Virus record (IMG/VR): IMGVR_UViG_3300030397_000264
Span: 1-41,581 of that record
From: a virus
Taxonomy: Duplodnaviria > Caudoviricetes
DNA length: 41,581 nucleotides
Reading direction: 5' to 3' (one strand)
Shown here: one piece after another, positions 36,411 through 41,581 of the stretch
How the letters are laid out: every line of letters starts with the position of its first letter
Numbering within the stretch: position 1 is the stretch's first letter
Made by a program: the position numbers and the translations under genes
Notes under the pieces: model-generated
What the model saw: only the letters and a program-made list of their open reading frames with translations
What the model was told of the DNA's origin: nothing
Databases searched by the model: none

Positions 36411-36883
36411 TAAACCGGATCACGGATGTCGTACTTTTGCACATAGCGCCTGGCCGATGCCGGAACCGAGAACTGCGGTGCCGTCGAACTCGCGAAATAC
36501 TCGATCTCACGCCGGCCTCGTCGCTCCCTCTTGACACCTGGTGGCCGGTCAATCTGCGAAACACGCTCTTCCACCATTGCAGCGATCGCGCGTTGCACGT
36601 CGGCCTTGAATTGAAGCTCGTTGTCCGAAGTCAGATCGGCTGGGTCGGCCTGGTAATACTGCAGCATCACTCGCGGGACGCCTGGCGCAATCGTCAGGTT
36701 TTCGAGGCCTGTTTGAAGGCGCGTGGTTCCCATTAGCGGTGTGCCAAACGTATTACGAGAAACGTCCCGATACCAGTCGAAGAGGTCGTACTCGGCCTGG
36801 TCGACAATCGTCTCGATGTCCGGATGCTCACGCGTAGAAGCACGCAGCAGCTTTCCGTTTGCGGTCAGGTCGAAATATGGCAT
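36410..36883 (-). CDS. Head-tail connector/adaptor protein
   Basis: VQRAIAAMV...GVKRERRGRREIEY motif; synteny. Confidence 0.7.
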   Translation of the reverse strand: MPYFDLTANGKLLRASTREHPDIETIVDQAEYDLFDWYRDVSRNTFGTPLMGTTRLQTGLENLTIAPGVPRVMLQYYQADPADLTSDNELQFKADVQRAIAAMVEERVSQIDRPPGVKRERRGRREIEYFASSTAPQFSVPASARRYVQKYDIRDPV

Positions 36884-36897
36884 GGTTTACGACCAGG

Positions 36898-37191
36898 TTA
36901 GTCGCTCTCGACCGTGCGAGCAGCCTTGTGCAAACCACGGACCTCGGCGTCGATCGTCGGGTGGTCATGGTAGGCATCGAGGACTATCTCGATATCGGTT
37001 ATGAGGACGTCGCACTTCTCAGCGTCATTTTGCAGGACCTCACCACTGTCGTTTTTACGATAATTGAAGCGCGATGCATTCCGGAATTCGTATCTGGTGA
37101 CACCCTTCAGTTTTGCATCTAGCTTCTTGAGGTCTTTCTCGCTGGGAATTGCACCGGCGACATAAACGAGAGCAAATTTTTGTTCAATCAT
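36898..37191 (-). CDS. Hypothetical head-associated protein
   Basis: 97-aa ORF between capsid and connector. Confidence 0.6.
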   Translation of the reverse strand: MIEQKFALVYVAGAIPSEKDLKKLDAKLKGVTRYEFRNASRFNYRKNDSGEVLQNDAEKCDVLITDIEIVLDAYHDHPTIDAEVRGLHKAARTVESD

Positions 37192-37223
37192 AGCTCATTA
37201 AAGGCGATCTCTAGTCGCCGATT

Positions 37224-38231
37224 TTATTCGTCATGCTCGATTACGACCACGCCGGTTGACTTGATATCGGCCATCTGGTTGGTCCAGTTGGTTCCGGTTC
37301 CAAGTGCCGCATCGGTCGGGTTCTCGCCAGCCCCGGTGTAAGAGTAGCCTTTGACGGACGCGTTGTAGGCATGCTCGCCCTGGACGGTCACGTAGAGGTT
37401 CTCTTTACCCAGTGGGATGTCGATGAACATGTCGACTTCTTCGGATTCGAGGACTGCTAAAGCGCTTTCGGTCAGTAGCAGCGTGTAGTTGGAGTCGTCG
37501 CTCGCTGCGATCCCATCGGTTTTGACCAGGGAAGGAGAGTCGGTTACAACGAACGGAAGCCCGAACGTACCAACAGTGCCTTCATAGATGGTCGCGCCAC
37601 CGACGCGGTCAGATGCGATATCGACCTGCTGCCCCATGAGCTTGAAGAAGCCAGGAGAGCGCCCAACCCAGCAGACAGCACGCTGTGACTGATCACCAAA
37701 GGCAGCCAGGGCCTCGATCATGTAGCTATGCTGCAGGGTGTTACCAACGCCGACTTTGTTGATATACGTGCCCACGCCGGATGGACCACCCGTGGTGTTC
37801 TTCAGGCCACAGGCCACACCAGCGGTGAGAATCGTATTTAGGAAGTCGAGCTGCTTTGCTACGGCCACCTGCTGACCCAGCAGGAAGGAGAAGCGCTGCC
37901 TGTTTGATCCGATAGCTTTGAAGGAGTCGAGCGTATTCGACGCAGGACCTACCTTACGGAGTAGCTTCGGATTTTTAAGGGCAGCAGACGCCAGGCCGAG
38001 ATGCGTCGCGTCAGTCAGGGTTGTCCCATCACGTCTTGACACCAAGCCACTGCCAATGCTCTGGAAGAAAGCCTCTTCCTTAAAAGCACCGATAGAACGC
38101 TCAGTAATCAACCGGATGGCACCACGCGACTGCTCATTAAACGCATTCCCCATTTGCTCCAGGACCTCATTCATGCCACCATAAAACTGGTCGTCATAGA
38201 TCTGGAGGTTCGAACGTGTGTTGATTGCCAT
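37224..38231 (-). CDS. Major capsid protein (HK97 fold)
   Basis: 335 aa after scaffold; IYDDQF...FNEQSRGAIRL, FGD, GLPFVVTDSP and NPTDAALGTGTNW motifs. Confidence 0.88.
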   Translation of the reverse strand: MAINTRSNLQIYDDQFYGGMNEVLEQMGNAFNEQSRGAIRLITERSIGAFKEEAFFQSIGSGLVSRRDGTTLTDATHLGLASAALKNPKLLRKVGPASNTLDSFKAIGSNRQRFSFLLGQQVAVAKQLDFLNTILTAGVACGLKNTTGGPSGVGTYINKVGVGNTLQHSYMIEALAAFGDQSQRAVCWVGRSPGFFKLMGQQVDIASDRVGGATIYEGTVGTFGLPFVVTDSPSLVKTDGIAASDDSNYTLLLTESALAVLESEEVDMFIDIPLGKENLYVTVQGEHAYNASVKGYSYTGAGENPTDAALGTGTNWTNQMADIKSTGVVVIEHDE

Positions 38232-38236
38232 CGAGA

Positions 38237-39031
38237 TTAAGGTTTAGCATTCAAAGGAATCTGCATGAACTTGTCACGGCCCAATTCCTCGATTGCTGCC
38301 ACCTTCTCGTCAGTGGACATTTGGGAGCGCGGCTTATACTGACTCGGGGATTTTGCCCCGTTCGGTGAACCGCCATCGCCACCCTGGAAGTCGGAGCTGT
38401 TGTTGACGTCTGCCGGCTTCAGGAACTGCTTGTAGGCTTCCTGGCCTGCTAACGTACCGAAGAACTCCTTCGCATCCGCATGAGGTCTCTGGACCGTAGG
38501 TTTTTGAGCCGGGATGCGATTGCCCTGCTCGTCAAGAGCGACGTGATATTTAAGCTGCGGATCGTACTCGAAACGCTTGCCAAAAAGTGCCTGCATGTAA
38601 GGCTGCTCTCCTGGAATTGGAGAGGTCACATACTGCTGGGCGAAAAAGGCACCGGCACCAGTGGTGATGTCGTTACCCAGGATGAGAGCCTTCAGCGATT
38701 TGTTTTCCTCGAGGACCGGGTCGAGTTCAGTCTGCTTCCACATCGCTTTGGCAGCAACGGGATCGTCATCACCCGGTTTTCGGTCCTTCGGAGGATTGGC
38801 CTCGAGCACAGCAGCAATCACCTGCTGGTCTTTGGCTGCCTCCTCCTTCTTAATCCAGTCCTTAAAACGGCGATCAATCTCCGTTTGCAAGACATAGAGT
38901 GAGTTTACAGTTTCGCGCGGAAGATACTTTGCATCCACCTCTGCCTGTGCTAAATAACCGTCCGGCAGGTCGACGGTGTGACTTTGGCCGTCGATCGTTA
39001 CAGTGATCTGCGGCTTTTTGGGATCGCTCAT
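38237..39031 (-). CDS. Capsid scaffolding protein
   Basis: Upstream of the capsid gene; Gly-rich linker and C-terminal RSQMSTDEKVAAIEELG..KFMQIP. Confidence 0.75.
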   Translation of the reverse strand: MSDPKKPQITVTIDGQSHTVDLPDGYLAQAEVDAKYLPRETVNSLYVLQTEIDRRFKDWIKKEEAAKDQQVIAAVLEANPPKDRKPGDDDPVAAKAMWKQTELDPVLEENKSLKALILGNDITTGAGAFFAQQYVTSPIPGEQPYMQALFGKRFEYDPQLKYHVALDEQGNRIPAQKPTVQRPHADAKEFFGTLAGQEAYKQFLKPADVNNSSDFQGGDGGSPNGAKSPSQYKPRSQMSTDEKVAAIEELGRDKFMQIPLNAKP

Positions 39032-39159
39032 TGAACCTCGCTTTTCAGTGCGGATCTGTGCCCTCGGCGTGGAGACTCGCTATCTCCGGGCATGATGCTC
39101 GACATGATCTAACCACTTCTGCTCTCGTCGGTAAGAGCTGGCCCTGGTCGTAGGCCAAT

Positions 39160-39207
39160 AAAAAAACCGACACGATGCGCCTCAGCTGAAGGCGAACCCT
39201 GTCGGTT
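39160..39207 (-). terminator. Terminator-like hairpin in the 5' leader of the scaffold/capsid operon
   Basis: Minus strand AACCGACA...TGTCGGTT followed by a T-tract; internal CGCCT/AGGCG stem. Confidence 0.6.
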
Positions 39208-39239
39208 CCGTTGCCTGGATCTTTGAAGATCACTTGCAA

Positions 39240-39247
39240 CAAATATA
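39240..39247 (-). promoter_or_regulatory. Candidate TAnnTTTG (Bacteroidota-type -7) promoter element
   Basis: TATATTTG on the minus strand just upstream of the structured leader. Confidence 0.4.
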
Positions 39248-39249
39248 CT

Positions 39250-39462
39250 TTAATCCTCCTGAAGTTTCAAAAGCTCGGCCTCATCCATGCCCAGCAGGTG
39301 TGCCAGGGTGGAAAGCGTGTGGTATTGCTGAATGAAGCAACCACCACGCTTCGCATCCATCTTGATGAGGATGACCGCACACTCGCCGTTGACCAGCTGC
39401 TCCATGAGCTTCGCTGCTCGGCGGAGGTCTTTAGGCTTCGGCTTCTTCCTGTCTTGGCTCAT
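39250..39462 (-). CDS. Hypothetical protein
   Basis: 70-aa ORF with GAGG RBS. Confidence 0.55.
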   Translation of the reverse strand: MSQDRKKPKPKDLRRAAKLMEQLVNGECAVILIKMDAKRGGCFIQQYHTLSTLAHLLGMDEAELLKLQED

Positions 39463-39688
39463 CCCTCAACTCGATTATTTGAACTGGCGTGCTGTCGGCA
39501 AAATTGATTTGCATCTCGGCCTGGTTACTCCGGAGGACGAATTTGACCTGGCTGACCTGGGAGTGAGCGTCCGTCTTCGGCCACAGGCCCAGGACGCCAT
39601 ACCTCATGGCCTGCATAACATTTTTAGCCAACCAGGTCGGTACGTGGCCTTCGATATGCTGCTCCGGGCAGTCTACGCAATCACTCAT
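39431..39688 (-). CDS. Hypothetical protein
   Basis: 85-aa ORF; ATGA overlap upstream. Confidence 0.55.
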   Translation of the reverse strand: MSDCVDCPEQHIEGHVPTWLAKNVMQAMRYGVLGLWPKTDAHSQVSQVKFVLRSNQAEMQINFADSTPVQIIELRDEPRQEEAEA

Positions 39689-39981
39689 GAGTATCGATCC
39701 CCACGAATGCTTGGGCCACCCCCATTGATTCTAGGAGCACCAAAGACCTTGAAGCCTATCGTGGTCTTTCTCATTTCAGCGACAACGGGAGCTGACGAGG
39801 GAATTGCGATTGCAGCAACGCCGATCAGGATGTTACCCACGATCGTCAGGAGGTCTCCCCAGGTCAATTCGCCATCCATGATGGGACCCAGGTCAGCTGT
39901 AACACCCAGCTCGGGCAGTAGTACGGCAAGAATGGCACCGATGATCAGCGCCGGCAGGCCAACGAGTAAATTTTTGTTCAT
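39685..39981 (-). CDS. Two-TM membrane protein, holin candidate
   Basis: Two hydrophobic helices and a basic C-terminus. Confidence 0.5.
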   Translation of the reverse strand: MNKNLLVGLPALIIGAILAVLLPELGVTADLGPIMDGELTWGDLLTIVGNILIGVAAIAIPSSAPVVAEMRKTTIGFKVFGAPRINGGGPSIRGDRYS

Positions 39982-39982
39982 G

Positions 39983-40222
39983 CTAGTTACTCACCATTTT
40001 GACTTTGATTGTGTGTTCCCCTTCCGGGTCTGGCAATTCACGGTCTAAAACGATCAACTCATGCCTGGCAGTTCCTTCCCACCAGTAAACCTCGTATCCG
40101 ATCCCCTCTGCTCGAATCATGATCTGAGACACCCAGGCGTCGCGGGAATGATGCTCGCCGATCTTGACCTTTGCGCCGATCGCCCAGCATATCCGTTCGA
40201 CTATTTGGGTTTGTGAAGCCAT
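39983..40222 (-). CDS. Hypothetical protein (start ATG 40222 or GTG 40255)
   Basis: Small SH3-like beta ORF (IGAKVKI...YEVYWW). Confidence 0.55.
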   Translation of the reverse strand: MASQTQIVERICWAIGAKVKIGEHHSRDAWVSQIMIRAEGIGYEVYWWEGTARHELIVLDRELPDPEGEHTIKVKMVSN

Positions 40223-40251
40223 GCCAAAAGGTAAGGAAAACGCGGTGTCCC

Positions 40252-40503
40252 TCACAAATCCTCGGATTTGGCGACGACCTGGTTGCACCTGGGGATCTCG
40301 GTCAGCACGGCTTTAACTGTCGGCTGGAAGTCCAGGGCCTCAGCGCCCATTCCGAGAGCGCCGGCTACCTCCAGGAGCCAGGCTGCGTGCGCCAGGCATA
40401 TGTTGCTCCGGCCTTGACCAGGCCACATGAAAGAGTAGCACGCATAATTGGGGCACTGTTCCTTCTCAGCTTCCTCGAGAGGCATAACTTTGGATTCGAG
40501 CAT
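40252..40503 (-). CDS. Hypothetical protein
   Basis: GGAGG RBS before ATG 40503; Cys/His residues. Confidence 0.6.
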   Translation of the reverse strand: MLESKVMPLEEAEKEQCPNYACYSFMWPGQGRSNICLAHAAWLLEVAGALGMGAEALDFQPTVKAVLTEIPRCNQVVAKSEDL

Positions 40504-40684
40504 AATTCCTCCAGTTGGTTGAGGTCCAGGCCGGCTCCACGCTATCAATCATCCCCACAGATGAATGAAATAATGGCCCGGACCTCTATTCGTTAAAAAG
40601 TCAAGGATCAATCACGTGATTACGTGATTTTTTGCGACAAAAGGGTGCAAAAAACCGACAATGTCCAAAAAGTACTAATAAATG

Positions 40685-41179
40685 TCAGGTTTCTCGTGGG
40701 TCGTTTCCGTATATGCCGAGCAGCTCGATGTCAACCCTGGGCACATCAAACTCCGGGTGCTCCCAGGCCGACGCCTGCACGAAGCCTCGCGTCCGGGCAA
40801 TAACCAGCCCGTCCCGGATCAGCTCCCCCCATATGATTGCAGTCTCATTAGCCAGCGCCTGGCCAGCCCTGTTGTCATAGACAGTGAGCGATCCAACGTT
40901 TTTGCCCCATTCGGTCATGGGCTTCAACCACCCGCCTTCATATATCTCCGGACATTCGAATCGATACTCGCACTGGATCATGGGATAATCGTGCCCATCG
41001 AAGCGGAAAAACCTTCCTGGGAGGCCCGTAACTGTGGCCACCACGTCTGATCCCGTTAAAATCGTCTTTACGGGCACATCTGCCGGCGTAGGTTCCAAAA
41101 CCGGCCGCTCGCCAGGTCGCCAGGCCAGAAGGCCCATGCCGAAACCTGCCATTCGCTCAAGTAACTGTCGTCTGGTCAT
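40685..41179 (-). CDS. Hypothetical protein with a twin-arginine-like N-terminus
   Basis: MTRRQLLERMAGFGMGLLAW. Confidence 0.65.
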   Translation of the reverse strand: MTRRQLLERMAGFGMGLLAWRPGERPVLEPTPADVPVKTILTGSDVVATVTGLPGRFFRFDGHDYPMIQCEYRFECPEIYEGGWLKPMTEWGKNVGSLTVYDNRAGQALANETAIIWGELIRDGLVIARTRGFVQASAWEHPEFDVPRVDIELLGIYGNDPRET

Positions 41180-41469
41180 GCTGCTGCTTCCTCAATTTTG
41201 CGTAAAACTAATCCACCCTGCTTGACGTGGTCGAGCATCCCGGGATGCTGCATGTTCAGCTGGAACGCCTCATCGATGCTGGGCAGATACCACTCGTGTG
41301 TTGCCTCGAGGCCCTGGTCGACCCGGTAAAAGCTCGACTGAGCGTGCGTGTCGCATCCCTCGTGCCGGCATCGGATCATGAATGGGGTGACTCCCTCAAC
41401 CAGGTCCACGGTAATTGTCCGGTGCCCGTGTTCGCACCGATAAACGTTTTTCTTGCCTTTGTAGCTCAT
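41176..41469 (-). CDS. Hypothetical small Cys/His protein
   Basis: NVYRCEHGH...GVTPFMIRC...C; coupled on both sides. Confidence 0.7.
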   Translation of the reverse strand: MSYKGKKNVYRCEHGHRTITVDLVEGVTPFMIRCRHEGCDTHAQSSFYRVDQGLEATHEWYLPSIDEAFQLNMQHPGMLDHVKQGGLVLRKIEEAAA

Positions 41470-41575
41470 CGTAAAAAATCAGGGATTAGGTCCTCACGCT
41501 CTCGCGCGATCGCTTCGTTGTGCTGCGTCACGCTTGAGCCTAAAAATGGGGCATCCTCTTCGCGCACCCACTCCC
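41279..41575 (+). repeat. Terminal direct repeat, right copy
   Basis: Matches 1-297; the last 6 nt of the window (TCCCAG) do not match. Confidence 0.95.
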
Positions 41576-41581
41576 TCCCAG

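Larger units (their letters stand above)
1..41581. mobile_element. Complete tailed dsDNA bacteriophage genome (siphovirus morphology predicted), circularly permuted
   Basis: Terminase, portal, capsid, tail tube, tape measure and tail genes are all present; no sheath gene; terminal direct repeat; no host housekeeping genes. Confidence 0.95.

Noticed and set aside
1-41581. tRNA genes, integrase/att site, alternative genetic code
   Set aside because: No cloverleaf or integrase motifs seen by eye; genes are full length and tightly coupled under the standard code

Overview
This window is an apparently complete, circularly permuted tailed phage genome (siphovirus-type Caudoviricetes, about 60% GC by eye). 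The unit length is about 41,278 bp: bases 1-297 recur at 41279-41575 with one synonymous mismatch. The minus strand carries the late genes. Reading around the circle these are a lipoprotein, a three-gene repeat-fibre module, a ParB-domain DNA methylase, TerS, TerL, portal, a gpF-like protein, small ORFs, scaffold, major capsid, head-tail and tail genes, a frameshifted tail chaperone, tape measure, two large beta-helix tail/receptor-binding proteins, a holin-like ORF and a membrane Zn-finger protein. The plus strand (11.1-20.9 kb) carries the early genes: an HTH regulator, a putative annealing protein, a replication initiator with iteron-like repeats, HNH, HD hydrolase, VRR-NUC, Dam-like methylase, a 7-TM CREST-family hydrolase and many small ORFs. 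I could not recognise an integrase, polymerase, helicase, SSB or endolysin. The most notable observations are: two perfect chromosomal-type parS sites; a 17x20-aa repeat protein next to a subunit that begins with the same repeat (possible ruler-templated fibre); a tail domain apparently split between genes, with a duplicated C-terminal NLLxYG strand; a phage-borne ceramidase-like CREST protein; C-terminal mimics of SSB, beta-clamp and FtsZ motifs; and an RGGTYRCA site array upstream of a membrane-anchored Zn-finger gene. The host is tentatively FCB-group (Bacteroidota/Rhodothermota-like), inferred from TAnnTTTG elements and the style of the tail proteins; this is not proven. All family assignments come from motif recognition by eye, not database searches.
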